Shown: one piece after another, positions 21,003-29,907 of the stretch
Layout: the number at the start of each line of letters is the position of its first letter
Position numbering within the stretch: position 1 is the stretch's first letter
DNA from: Planctomycetota bacterium
GTDB lineage: Bacteria > Planctomycetota > Planctomycetia > Pirellulales > UBA1268
Length of the DNA: 50,986 nucleotides
NCBI GenBank assembly: GCA_003671185.1
Contig: QWPN01000116.1
Location: forward strand, 1-50,986
Reading direction: 5' to 3'
Translations under genes and position numbers: made by a program
The notes under the pieces: model-generated
What the model saw: only the letters and a program-made list of their open reading frames with translations
What the model was told of the DNA's origin: nothing
Databases searched by the model: none

Positions 21003-21260
21003 ATGACGCGCTCCGAATTAGGCTACTTCTGTGCAGGCGTCGCCGCCGGCGCTCTGGGCCACAAGTTCTATCCGCAGCTCAAAGACAAGCTTGCCCCGTA
21101 CATGGCCGGTGCCATGGTGTTCGCCCAGCAGGCGTTCGGCGACGCCATGAAGGACGCCATGGCCACCGTTGACGCCATGCACCGGGCGGCCGAACCGGTG
21201 GGGGCGGAGTTCTTCACGGGCAAGACCACGGAAGCGTCTTCTGGCGAAGCCGCAGCCTGA
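21003..21260 (+). CDS. Small protein with N-terminal GxxxG hydrophobic helix and amphipathic tail (FezA-like architecture)
   Basis: MTRSELGYFCAGVAAGALG..., 85 aa, AGGA upstream, directly before the ATPase. Confidence 0.65.
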   Translation: MTRSELGYFCAGVAAGALGHKFYPQLKDKLAPYMAGAMVFAQQAFGDAMKDAMATVDAMHRAAEPVGAEFFTGKTTEASSGEAAA

Positions 21261-21300
21261 TTCACCGGCCCGCATCACGCCCATCACCCGGAGGCCGCTC

Positions 21301-23937
21301 ATGGATGTCCGCGTCACGTTTCCCCGGGAAGGCGTCATCCACGTCGAGGGGCCTGTGTTCGCCGCGGCGGACAGTGCGGCCTGTCGGCAGTTTCTGCGCT
21401 GCGCCTTCGCGGTTGCCGAGATCGACGACGTCACGCTCACCGGCGGCCGATCGCCCCGCGCCGAGCTCCGCTTTTCGCCGCGGCGCGGCAGCGCTCGCCA
21501 AATCCTCGATCGGGTGGCACGGCTGCTGGGAGCCGCCGCAAACCCCGATGATGCGACACCCCGGGCGGTCGCGGAGATCCAGATCCCGGTGATCGCTCGC
21601 GACCGTCGGGGCGCCGTGCGGGTGCAGCGTCACGGCGAGCTGGTGTCAGGCTGGCGCGTGGTTCGCGAATCGCTGGGAACCGTGAAGCTCTCCCATCCGC
21701 TGATCCACAGGCGGGGCGAGGTTGCCGAAGCCATTGAACGGGAACTGATGAGTGTGCTGGGGGTCGACAAGTACTCCACCAACACGTTCTTCTCCACGGT
21801 CACGGTCGACTACGACCCGCGGCAACTGTCCCGCTCGCAGGTGGTCGAGATTCTCGACGGCGTCCTGGCCGGGAACCCGATCCCCTCCAAGCTCGACAAG
21901 CTCGACCTGTCGATGGCCCTCTGCACGGTGTCGCTGCCGCTCGCCGCCGTCGCCCAGTTCGCCTTTCCTCCCCTCCTGCCGGCGGCGGCGCTGCTCTTCG
22001 CCTACACGTCAGTGTCCACGTTTGCATCCGCCAAGGAACTGCTCGTCAAGGAACGCCGGCTGGGCTGCGACGTGCTCGACGCCGTCGTCGTCGTCGGCTG
22101 CCTGTCCACCATGCAGATCCTGCCCGGCGCCGTGCTGATGTGGTGCCTGGCGCTGGGCCGCATGCTCGTCAAGCGGACAGAGGATCGCTCCAAGAAGATG
22201 CTGCTCAACGTGTTCGGCAAGCAGCCCCGCTTCGTGTGGGTCGTGCACGAGGGTGTCGAGGTGCAGATCCCCCTGGCGCAACTCAACCAGGGCGACGTGA
22301 TCGTGGTCAACACCGGCGACGTGATGCCCGTAGACGGCGTCATCGCCGAGGGTTTCGCGATGATCGATCAGCACGCGCTCACCGGCGAGAGCACCCCGGC
22401 CGAAAAAGGTCCGGGCGACCGCGTCTTCGCCTCCACCGTGCTCGTGGCCGGCAAGGTGTTCGTGGCGGTGGAGTCCAGCGGTACGGATACGGCCAGTGCC
22501 AAGATCGGCAAGATCCTGGCCGACACGGCCGGCTACAAACTGGCCCGGCAGCACGCCGGGGAACGGCTGGCCGACACGGCCGTGATCCCCATGCTGGGCC
22601 TCGGCGCCCTGGGCTTCGCCGCCATGGGCCCGGCCGGCGCCGTGGCGATCGTCAACTGCGACCTGGGCACCGGAATCCGCATGGCGGCGCCGCTGGCGAT
22701 GCTCAGCTCGCTCGCGCTGTGCGCCAGCAAGGGCATCCTCATCAAGGACGGCCGTGCCCTCGATCTCATGAACGAGATCGACACCGTACTCTTCGACAAG
22801 ACCGGGACGCTGACCCGCGAGCGGCCCGAGGTGGGGGTGGTCCATGCCTGCCAGCCCTGGGGAGAGAATGCCATCCTCCGCTATGCGGCGGCGGCCGAGC
22901 AGAAGTTTCACCACCCGATCGCGCTGGCGATCCTGCACGAGGCCAACGATCGCGGACTGGAACTGCCCCCCGTCGAGGAGAGCGAACTGAAGGTCGGCTT
23001 CGGCATCAGCGTGCGGGTCGACGGCCGGCTGATCAGGGTCGGCAGCCGTCGTTTCATCGAGCAGGAGGGGCTCACCATCGGTGCCGACGTGGCCGCCGCA
23101 CTGGAACGCGCCCATGCCCTGGGCAACACCATGGTGCTGGTAGCCGTCGACGACACGCTCGGCGGGGCGATCGAACTGCAGGCTTCTGTGCGGCCGGAGG
23201 TGGCCGAGATCGTGGCCGGACTGCGGGCCCGCGGCATCCGTCACCTGGCGATCATTTCCGGCGATCACGAGGCTCCCACGAAGCGGCTTGCCGAGCAGCT
23301 GGGCATGGACCGCTACTTCGCCCAGGTGTTGCCGGCTGACAAAGCCGACTACGTCGCCAAGCTGCAGGCCGAGGGTCGCAAAGTGTGCTTCGTCGGTGAC
23401 GGCATCAACGATTCGATCGCGCTCAAGAAGGCGAATGTGTCGATCTCGCTGCGTGGTGCCTCGACGATCGCCACCGACACGGCTCACATTGTGTTCCTCG
23501 ACGAGGGCCTTTCGCACCTCTGCGAGCTGCGCGACATCGCCCGCGAGCTGCACGCCAATGTGCGGCGCAGCTGGCACATGATCGTGGCGCCGAACGTCGC
23601 CTGCGTGGCGGGCGTGTTCACACTCGGCTTCGGCATCTATGCCAGCGTGTTCTTCAACAACATCACGGCGCTGGCGGCCGTGGCCAACGGCCTGTGGCCG
23701 ATGCGCAAGGTGGCCCAAAATGAGGCTCGGCGCAAGCAACTGATCGCCGCAGCCGTGCAGGCTGACGCAGCGAAGGACGGCGGCGCCGCATCGGAGCCGA
23801 GGGTGGCGGATGCGACCAGCGCCGCCCCGCTGCCGCCCGTCGCCGGCGGCGACGGCGCGTCGACCGCCACGCCCGCCGTCGGGAACGGATTCGGTGTGGG
23901 CGTGCCGTCGCTGACGCAGGAAGCATCGCCGGTATGA
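21301..23937 (+). CDS. Heavy-metal P1B-type ATPase without CPC motif (P1B-6/FezB-FezH-like), with N-terminal HMA-like domains
   Basis: TGES, DKTGT, HHP, SGD and GDGIND intact; TM motif NCDLGTG and late TM FNNIT instead of CPC; no CxxC metal-binding motif in the N-terminal domains. Confidence 0.88.
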   Translation: MDVRVTFPREGVIHVEGPVFAAADSAACRQFLRCAFAVAEIDDVTLTGGRSPRAELRFSPRRGSARQILDRVARLLGAAANPDDATPRAVAEIQIPVIARDRRGAVRVQRHGELVSGWRVVRESLGTVKLSHPLIHRRGEVAEAIERELMSVLGVDKYSTNTFFSTVTVDYDPRQLSRSQVVEILDGVLAGNPIPSKLDKLDLSMALCTVSLPLAAVAQFAFPPLLPAAALLFAYTSVSTFASAKELLVKERRLGCDVLDAVVVVGCLSTMQILPGAVLMWCLALGRMLVKRTEDRSKKMLLNVFGKQPRFVWVVHEGVEVQIPLAQLNQGDVIVVNTGDVMPVDGVIAEGFAMIDQHALTGESTPAEKGPGDRVFASTVLVAGKVFVAVESSGTDTASAKIGKILADTAGYKLARQHAGERLADTAVIPMLGLGALGFAAMGPAGAVAIVNCDLGTGIRMAAPLAMLSSLALCASKGILIKDGRALDLMNEIDTVLFDKTGTLTRERPEVGVVHACQPWGENAILRYAAAAEQKFHHPIALAILHEANDRGLELPPVEESELKVGFGISVRVDGRLIRVGSRRFIEQEGLTIGADVAAALERAHALGNTMVLVAVDDTLGGAIELQASVRPEVAEIVAGLRARGIRHLAIISGDHEAPTKRLAEQLGMDRYFAQVLPADKADYVAKLQAEGRKVCFVGDGINDSIALKKANVSISLRGASTIATDTAHIVFLDEGLSHLCELRDIARELHANVRRSWHMIVAPNVACVAGVFTLGFGIYASVFFNNITALAAVANGLWPMRKVAQNEARRKQLIAAAVQADAAKDGGAASEPRVADATSAAPLPPVAGGDGASTATPAVGNGFGVGVPSLTQEASPV

Positions 23938-26375
23938 TTTCCGGCGCGGCGAACGTCGTGCTTCATCCTGCCGGCAGGTGCATCCGCGTCCAGGCGGCCG
24001 CCCTCGGCCGCGGACCGGAGCGGCGTTCCGACAGGATCCGATTCCTGGCACACGTCATGTCCTGCGCCGCGGTGGAGCGGCTCACACTGGACGCCCGGGC
24101 ATCGACGGCCACCATCCACCTCCGCGTCGATGGCACAGACTTTCGCGACGCGGTCGCCTCCCTGGCGGCTGCCGTGAGGGGCCGCGCGGAGGCCGCGGAA
24201 CTGCCCCGCGACTGTCTCGATAACGACCGGCTCTCGATCCAGCGGATCGGGGGCCGCCTCACCACCTGGCAGGTGGGCTCCTCCGGGCCGCATCGGCTGC
24301 AATTCCGCCACCCCCGCCTGCGTCACGACCGCGTCCTGGCCCGCGGCGTCGAACGGTTGGTGGTAGCAGTGCCCGGTGTGCGGAATGCGCGGCTCTCGAC
24401 GTGGTCAAGCGATCTCCTTGTGGAGTTCGACGAGGCCCGGCTGGAAGCGGACACGCTCCTGGCCGTCCTACAGCACGCCGTCGAGACCCGCGCCGGATCC
24501 GAGTCACCATCCGCCCGCTGGCAGATGCTGGGCAAATCGGCGACGCTGGGAGTCGCGGCACTCACCGACTTCGTCTTCCCCGTGCTCGCTCCGCTCAGCG
24601 CCACGCTGCTGGTGGGCACGAACCTGGGCACCATCGCCGCCACGGTAGGCGACCTGCGCAGGCGACGCGTGGGGATGGCCACGATCGCCACCGCGATCAT
24701 CGTGGGAACGCTGGCGACGGGGCAGTATCTGGCGTCGGGTATCATGGCCTGGTCGTTCGCCTTCTGGAGGCTGCGGCACCGCCGCGACGTCGAAGCCGAA
24801 CGTCTCCTGCTGCTCGAAGATGCCGTGCCGCTGCCGGCCTGCTCGCTGATCGATCGAGCCGACGGCACGCTGGCCGTGCAGCCCGTCGACACGCTTCATG
24901 ATGGCGACCACGTGCGGCTCGAGACCTGGGACGTGGTGCCCGCGGACATGCTCGTCGTGGAGGGCCGCGGCGTCGTCGACGAGCGCTGCGCGACCGGGGT
25001 CGCGGGAGCCCGGGCGGTCGGCCCCGACGACCGTGTCCAGGCCGGTGCCGTCGTCCTTGGCGGCCGTCTTCTGGGCGCGATCGCCAGCCAGCGGGAACCC
25101 CGGGTGATGCGGGCGGCCCGGCTGCTGGCCGCAGCCACGCAGACGCAAGCCGGCCGCTTCGCTCCCACGCGGCAGGCCGAGGAATTCGTGGAGCAGCTTG
25201 CCGGCCCCACGCTGGCCACGGCGGGGATCGGCCTGCTGGTGGGGGACGTGACCACGGCCGTCGCCATCATGCGACCCGACTACGCCAGCGCCGAGGCGAT
25301 GGCGGTGTCTTTCGAAGACATCGACGCGGTGGCCTGCGGAGTGGCCGCGGGATGCATCGTCACCGCACCCCGGGCCCTCGACGCCCTGGCCGGCGTGGAC
25401 ACGGTCCTGCTCGTCGATCATCCCTCTCTCCACGAGCGCCGGTTGGAGGTGACGCGGATCCAGCCCAGGCCCGGACCGCACGCCGATGCGGAATTGGAGC
25501 CGCTGCGCTGGGCCGCCAGCCTGGCCCGCCACCTTGCCGATCCGCGCCGCGAGGCCTTGGCGGCACTGGCCGCGGCTCGGGGCCTGATCCTCACCGACAT
25601 CGCCCCGGACTCCTTCGGCGACGAGGCCGGGCTGCGTGTTGTGCATCGGCGGGCCGACCGCACTCTGGCCCTGGTCGACACGTCCGGCGCGGGTGCCGCC
25701 GGGCCTCTCGTACTCCACCTCGACGGCGGAACATGGGCCACGTTCGAATTCAGTCCCGGCCTCGCACGGCGGGCATGCGGAGCCCTCGACCGGATGCGGG
25801 AGATCAGGCCCCTGCACGTGATCCTCGCCCAGCCGGCCGCCGCCACCGACACCCTATCCGAGGAACTGCACTGCGACGATCGCATCGACCTGGGCAGCGA
25901 CGTGGCCGGCACCCTGGTCGACGCCGTGGGCCGCCTGCAAGCCGAGGGGCGTCGCGTCGCCGTCGTAGGGCCGCCCGGCCTGATCGCCCCGTGCCGGGGC
26001 GTGGCTACCGTCACGCTGGCCACCGGCTTCGATGCGGACAGCCAGGGACAGGAGGCCGACATTTACAGCCTGGCGGGCGACATCGCCTGCCTCGCCGACC
26101 TGCTCCTGGCCGCGGCACTCCGCCGCAAACGACTGGCGCTGTCGCGGAAGATGAGCATTCTTCCCAACATGGCATGCATCGTGGGGGCCTTCTTCTTCGG
26201 GTTTACGAGCCTGGTGTCGGCCATCGTCAGCAACGTCGGCACGATGGGCATCTACCGCCGTGCCAGCGGCACGCTCCACCACAACCACCGCACACACTGG
26301 CTGAAGTCTCGCTCCAGCGCCGCGGCTCGCCGGGTCAGGCTGGCCGGTTCGCCGTCCCGGGGGGCCACGCCATGA
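23934..26375 (+). CDS. Degenerate P1B-ATPase paralogue lacking catalytic motifs (pseudo-ATPase)
   Basis: Collinear with the previous gene (VVPAD, PDYASA, LPNMAC...SNVGT), but TGES>TGVA, FDKTGT>LVDHPS, GDGIND>GPPGLI. Uninterrupted 813-aa ORF. Confidence 0.8.
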   Translation: MISGAANVVLHPAGRCIRVQAAALGRGPERRSDRIRFLAHVMSCAAVERLTLDARASTATIHLRVDGTDFRDAVASLAAAVRGRAEAAELPRDCLDNDRLSIQRIGGRLTTWQVGSSGPHRLQFRHPRLRHDRVLARGVERLVVAVPGVRNARLSTWSSDLLVEFDEARLEADTLLAVLQHAVETRAGSESPSARWQMLGKSATLGVAALTDFVFPVLAPLSATLLVGTNLGTIAATVGDLRRRRVGMATIATAIIVGTLATGQYLASGIMAWSFAFWRLRHRRDVEAERLLLLEDAVPLPACSLIDRADGTLAVQPVDTLHDGDHVRLETWDVVPADMLVVEGRGVVDERCATGVAGARAVGPDDRVQAGAVVLGGRLLGAIASQREPRVMRAARLLAAATQTQAGRFAPTRQAEEFVEQLAGPTLATAGIGLLVGDVTTAVAIMRPDYASAEAMAVSFEDIDAVACGVAAGCIVTAPRALDALAGVDTVLLVDHPSLHERRLEVTRIQPRPGPHADAELEPLRWAASLARHLADPRREALAALAAARGLILTDIAPDSFGDEAGLRVVHRRADRTLALVDTSGAGAAGPLVLHLDGGTWATFEFSPGLARRACGALDRMREIRPLHVILAQPAAATDTLSEELHCDDRIDLGSDVAGTLVDAVGRLQAEGRRVAVVGPPGLIAPCRGVATVTLATGFDADSQGQEADIYSLAGDIACLADLLLAAALRRKRLALSRKMSILPNMACIVGAFFFGFTSLVSAIVSNVGTMGIYRRASGTLHHNHRTHWLKSRSSAAARRVRLAGSPSRGATP

Positions 26376-26719
26376 CCGAGGACCTCCCGCCCACGCCGCC
26401 CGTGCAGCGCTCGCCCACCGAACGAGAGGTCGAGGAACGGCTCCAGCGGCTGCCGCCCGAGATGGGTGCGATGCTGCTCACGATCGGCATTTTCGGGATG
26501 ATCCTCCCAGGGATGGTGGGCACGCCCGCGCTGCTGGCCGGCGGGCTGCTGCTCTGGCCGAGGGGCTTCCGTGGTGTCGACCGTTGGCTGCGCCGGCGCT
26601 GCCCGCGATTGCACGGGCAGGGCATCGTCCAGTTGCTCCGCTACCTTGACGACATGGAGCGACGGTATCCTTCAACCCGACACGCCAACCTTGCACCGCC
26701 GTCGGAGGCATCCCCATGA
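26372..26719 (+). CDS. Small membrane protein (Gly/Pro-rich hydrophobic hairpin)
   Basis: LPPEMGAMLLTIGIFGMILPGMVGTPALLAGGLLLWP; ATGA overlaps at both ends. Confidence 0.75.
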   Translation: MTEDLPPTPPVQRSPTEREVEERLQRLPPEMGAMLLTIGIFGMILPGMVGTPALLAGGLLLWPRGFRGVDRWLRRRCPRLHGQGIVQLLRYLDDMERRYPSTRHANLAPPSEASP

Positions 26720-27768
26720 CGACTGACACCCTCACAGCCACGCTCGCTCCCTACGAGGCGGCTCAGATCCGCGAGATCGCCACCTGGAAGAGCATGCTGC
26801 CCAGCCGGATCTCGCAGGCCGTCGACGTGGTGGCCTCGCCGCTGACCTGGGTCGTGGGGCACGTCGTGCCACGCTCGGCGGTGACGAGGATCGTCGCCTC
26901 GATGGAGACCGTCGCGGCCCAGGCCGACATTCCCGCCGAGGTGGCCCGGATCGCCGGCGTGGCCGGGGTGTCCGACCTCGGCAGCCGAACACTCGAGGAG
27001 TGCGACCGCCTGGCATGCATGTTCAGCGCCCGGGCCGAGCGATTGGCGCTCGTCGAGGGGACGGTCTTCTCGCTGGGCGGCCCCTTCGTACACGTGCCGC
27101 AGCAATTGATCGCTTCGCTGCGGTCGGTGACACGCATCGGCCACTGCTACGGCTACACCCTCGAGCAACCGCAGGATCGTGCCCTGGTGATCGACGTGCT
27201 GGAAATCGCGATGCTGCCCGACCCGGCCGAGCGCATCCAGGTCGTGGAGGCGCTGCACGCGGCCATGGATGCCCATGCCGACTCGCTTGGTGACGCCCAG
27301 GATGTGCTCTATCACGCCACGCGCACGATGTTCGCCGAGGAGGCCCTCGACCTGGTGCCGGTCGTGGGCACGGCCGTGTCGTTCCTGTTCGACAATCAGT
27401 TCATGCACGCCGTCGACGTGGCGGCCCGCCGCATCTTCCAGGAACGCTGGCTGCGCGACCGCGGCCTTGTCACTTCGATACCCCCGGCGGCCGTCGCCGC
27501 CCGCAGCAGCAGCATCGGCGAGGTCGGCCTGGCGATCGGCCAGTGCCTGTATTGCATCGGCGCCGTGGCGGGTTTCGCCGCCACCGCGCCCTGCCGGCTG
27601 GTCCAGCACGCAGTGGGGCAACCAGGAAGTCCGGTCGCCGCGGGCGCCCGCCACGGGTCCGATCGGGCCGTTCACGATGCTCGGGAGTTCATGGATGGCC
27701 TGCGGAGTTCGTTCGCGGAAGCCGAGATGGACGAGTTCGCAACGGCCGCTCCAGCGGCCGGAACATGA
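26716..27768 (+). CDS. EcsC family protein with C-terminal extension
   Basis: YEAAQIREIATWK, IGHCYGY, LVPVVGTAV...NQFM...FQERWLRD resemble EcsC-family motifs. Confidence 0.65.
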   Translation: MTTDTLTATLAPYEAAQIREIATWKSMLPSRISQAVDVVASPLTWVVGHVVPRSAVTRIVASMETVAAQADIPAEVARIAGVAGVSDLGSRTLEECDRLACMFSARAERLALVEGTVFSLGGPFVHVPQQLIASLRSVTRIGHCYGYTLEQPQDRALVIDVLEIAMLPDPAERIQVVEALHAAMDAHADSLGDAQDVLYHATRTMFAEEALDLVPVVGTAVSFLFDNQFMHAVDVAARRIFQERWLRDRGLVTSIPPAAVAARSSSIGEVGLAIGQCLYCIGAVAGFAATAPCRLVQHAVGQPGSPVAAGARHGSDRAVHDAREFMDGLRSSFAEAEMDEFATAAPAAGT

Positions 27769-27928
27769 GTTTTTTGCGAGTCCTGGAATCCTTGTCCTGA
27801 TTGTTTGCATCGCCACACCGTGGCGACTAGGATCGGTCGCGAGTCCAGTCAGGTAGCGGGGCGGTCGCGACCTGTGCCGGCCCGAATGCTGAAGTCATCC
27901 ATACCCCCCTGCAACGGAAGCCATACTC

Positions 27929-28282
27929 ATGACCCACGAGACTGCCGCTGACGCGACGGCAAACGCCAACCACGACCCCCTGAATGCCGTCGCCGATGCG
28001 ATGCAGGCTGCCGCCGCCACCGTGTCGGACGGAGCCAACGCGGCCCGTCAGGCCGCCGAGAAGGCGCTGCCCTCCGTGGGCCTGTTCGCCAACCGTTTCC
28101 TCTACACGTCCTCCTACGCCGTTTCCTACGGCGTCGTGTTCCCGCTGGCACTCATCGCGCTCTCCGTGCCCCACAACAATCCGTTCGTGCACGGCTTGGT
28201 CGACGGTTCGCGGGCCGCCCGCGACAAGGTCGACGCGCTGCTGAGCGGGAAGCCGGCCACCAGCGAAGTGCCGGCCACCTGA
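27929..28282 (+). CDS. Small hypothetical membrane-associated protein, paralogue of 20614-20955
   Basis: SYGVVFPLALIALSVPHNNPFVHGLVDGSRA; strong GC3 codon bias. Confidence 0.78.
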   Translation: MTHETAADATANANHDPLNAVADAMQAAAATVSDGANAARQAAEKALPSVGLFANRFLYTSSYAVSYGVVFPLALIALSVPHNNPFVHGLVDGSRAARDKVDALLSGKPATSEVPAT

Positions 28283-28319
28283 CGTCCGCTGAACCGGTGG
28301 CTCTCCGGGAGCGCTTCGG

Positions 28320-28787
28320 ATGGAGCTCGCTCTGGAGGATCATTTCGGTGCCAGCCGCAGCCTGGTTGAATTGACGGGGCGCGTGGTGGTGCTTGTGTAT
28401 GCCGAGCGTCGCGGCGCATCGGCGGCGCTGCGCCTGGGACGGTCCTTGCACGAGCGATTCACAGCCGCTACCGGCGATCCGGCTGTGAGCGTCATTCCCG
28501 TCGCCTGCCTGGCCGAGGTGCCGCGTCTCTTCCACGGCATGGCGCGCAGCCTGCTGCGCCGCGAATCACCCCACGTCGTGGTGTGGATCGATTTCCATGG
28601 CGCCTTGCAGCGTGCGGTTGGCTTGAAGCCGAACGTGGCCAACGTGGCCATCGTCGACCCTCACGGCCGGCTCGACGGAGTGCATGCCGGAGATTTCGCT
28701 CAGCCCTTCCTGGAGGCGGTGGCCGCGGACATCGAACGCTGCCGTCGGGGAACGGAGATCACACCATGCCCGCGCGGTTCTGGCTGA
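28320..28787 (+). CDS. Hypothetical protein, possible redox-inactive thioredoxin/AhpC-like fold
   Basis: LEDHFG...L.GRVVVLVY, VWIDFHG, AIVDPHGR pattern; no CxxC. Confidence 0.5.
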   Translation: MELALEDHFGASRSLVELTGRVVVLVYAERRGASAALRLGRSLHERFTAATGDPAVSVIPVACLAEVPRLFHGMARSLLRRESPHVVVWIDFHGALQRAVGLKPNVANVAIVDPHGRLDGVHAGDFAQPFLEAVAADIERCRRGTEITPCPRGSG

Positions 28788-28930
28788 TCCTGGCGCTTTC
28801 CATCCTGGCCGGCATGGCGCTGCTGCTCCCCGAGCCGACCGGCAGGAAGCCCTCGTCCTCGGTCCCCTGGCGGGGGCAGATCAAGCCGCCGCCCCCCCCG
28901 CCGATCCCGCCCGGACCGCAGGAGTCCTAA
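28766..28930 (+). CDS. Small protein with N-terminal hydrophobic helix and poly-Pro tail
   Basis: MPARFWLILALSILAGMALLL...KPPPPPPIPPGP, 54 aa. Confidence 0.4.
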   Translation: MPARFWLILALSILAGMALLLPEPTGRKPSSSVPWRGQIKPPPPPPIPPGPQES

Positions 28931-28947
28931 CCCGGGCCCGCTGGACG

Positions 28948-29171
28948 CCTGATACGGATCACAACTGAAACTCGCGCGTACGGGTTTCCTGAGCATCGAT
29001 TGTGCGAGGGGCCGCCCGTGCCAGTCGAGCGGCGTGGGAAACCGAGCGCAGCCACGAAGGCGAAGCGGTTTCCCCCGAGTGAGCGCAGGGCAGGAAGCCC
29101 GCAGCGAACGTCCGGCGAGACGGGACGGGCGACCCCGGCACGCCTGCGGATCATGTGTGAGCCGTATGAGG
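28948..29171. mobile_element. MITE-like element (~224 bp) with ~21 bp terminal inverted repeats
   Basis: Left CCTGATACGGATCACAACTGA; right end reverse-complements to CCTCATACGGCTCACACATGA; second, truncated copy at 42715-42887. Confidence 0.75.
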
Positions 29172-29207
29172 TGCAGTTACGAGTCTCACGAACTGGGGAT
29201 ACCGGAG

Positions 29208-29333
29208 CTAGCCGTCCGTGGACAAAGTCATCCCTGAACGTTGTCCACGTGGCCGACCGGTGGAAACGCTGAGGGCGTCCACGGTCGCCTGTCGTCGCAT
29301 CCTGCTCCGGCAGACGTGTTCCACAGTCTGCTA
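29208..29333. mobile_element. CTAG-bounded ~126 bp miniature element
   Basis: CTAGCCGTCCGTGGACAAAGTC...GACGTGTTCCACAGTCTGCTA with imperfect TIRs; same length and aligned sequence as 49977-50102. Confidence 0.75.
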
Positions 29334-29759
29334 AGGGCCGTCGGCGTTCCGGGTTCTGGCCCGCAGGGAAAGCGCCAACACCGCGGCCAGCACGGGCACC
29401 AGGATCAGGCTCCCGTAGTGCCCGGGAGGATGATGGCCCACGGGGTTGGGTTTCGTCACCCAGGCGGCGAGTGATATCAACACCCGCTCCAGCAGTGCCA
29501 GGCCGAGAAACAGCGGCACGAGCTCCCGGTAGCGCCACGCGATGGCCATCAGCCCGATGCCGTGGGCGATCTGCAGGGATCCCATCCAGGCGACCGTGCC
29601 GATCACCGTGTGACGGTTGTGCGTGAGGTCGAGGCCGGCGATCACCCCGGCGCCTCCATCCGGGAGCAGGAAGTGGATGCATCCGGGGACGATCTCGAGC
29701 AAGCCGTAGAGGCCGAGGGCCCAGGCCGCGACGATGGAGCCACGCTGAACGTCTGGCAT
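29331..29759 (-). CDS. Hypothetical membrane protein (~4 TM)
   Basis: IHFLLPDGGAGVIAG, AWRYRELVPL, HHPPGHY; four hydrophobic segments. Confidence 0.7.
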   Translation of the reverse strand: MPDVQRGSIVAAWALGLYGLLEIVPGCIHFLLPDGGAGVIAGLDLTHNRHTVIGTVAWMGSLQIAHGIGLMAIAWRYRELVPLFLGLALLERVLISLAAWVTKPNPVGHHPPGHYGSLILVPVLAAVLALSLRARTRNADGP

Positions 29760-29907
29760 GAATGCAGGGTCCTTGAGAACACGCCCACCGCGCCCACCAG
29801 ACGCGCCTGGGTCCGAAGTTGCGGGGCGAAAATCTCGAAGTATCGCCGTTCGGGTATCGCAGCACGCCGGCCAAGTGCCGCACTTTGATAACCCAAGGAG
29901 AATGCAA

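Noticed and set aside
21301-23937. Calling this copA, zntA or cadA
   Set aside because: No CPC/CPH/SPC TM motif and no N-terminal CxxC, so the substrate cannot be assigned that way.
23934-26375. Calling the second ATPase a pseudogene
   Set aside because: No stops or frameshifts over 813 codons, and start-stop overlaps are preserved on both sides.
29159-29200. GAGCCGTATGAGGTG...AGTCTCACG resembles group II intron domain V
   Set aside because: The 3' arm (expected TACGGTTC) does not pair, there is no RT gene or other intron domain, and the 5' part is explained as the right TIR of the mini-element.
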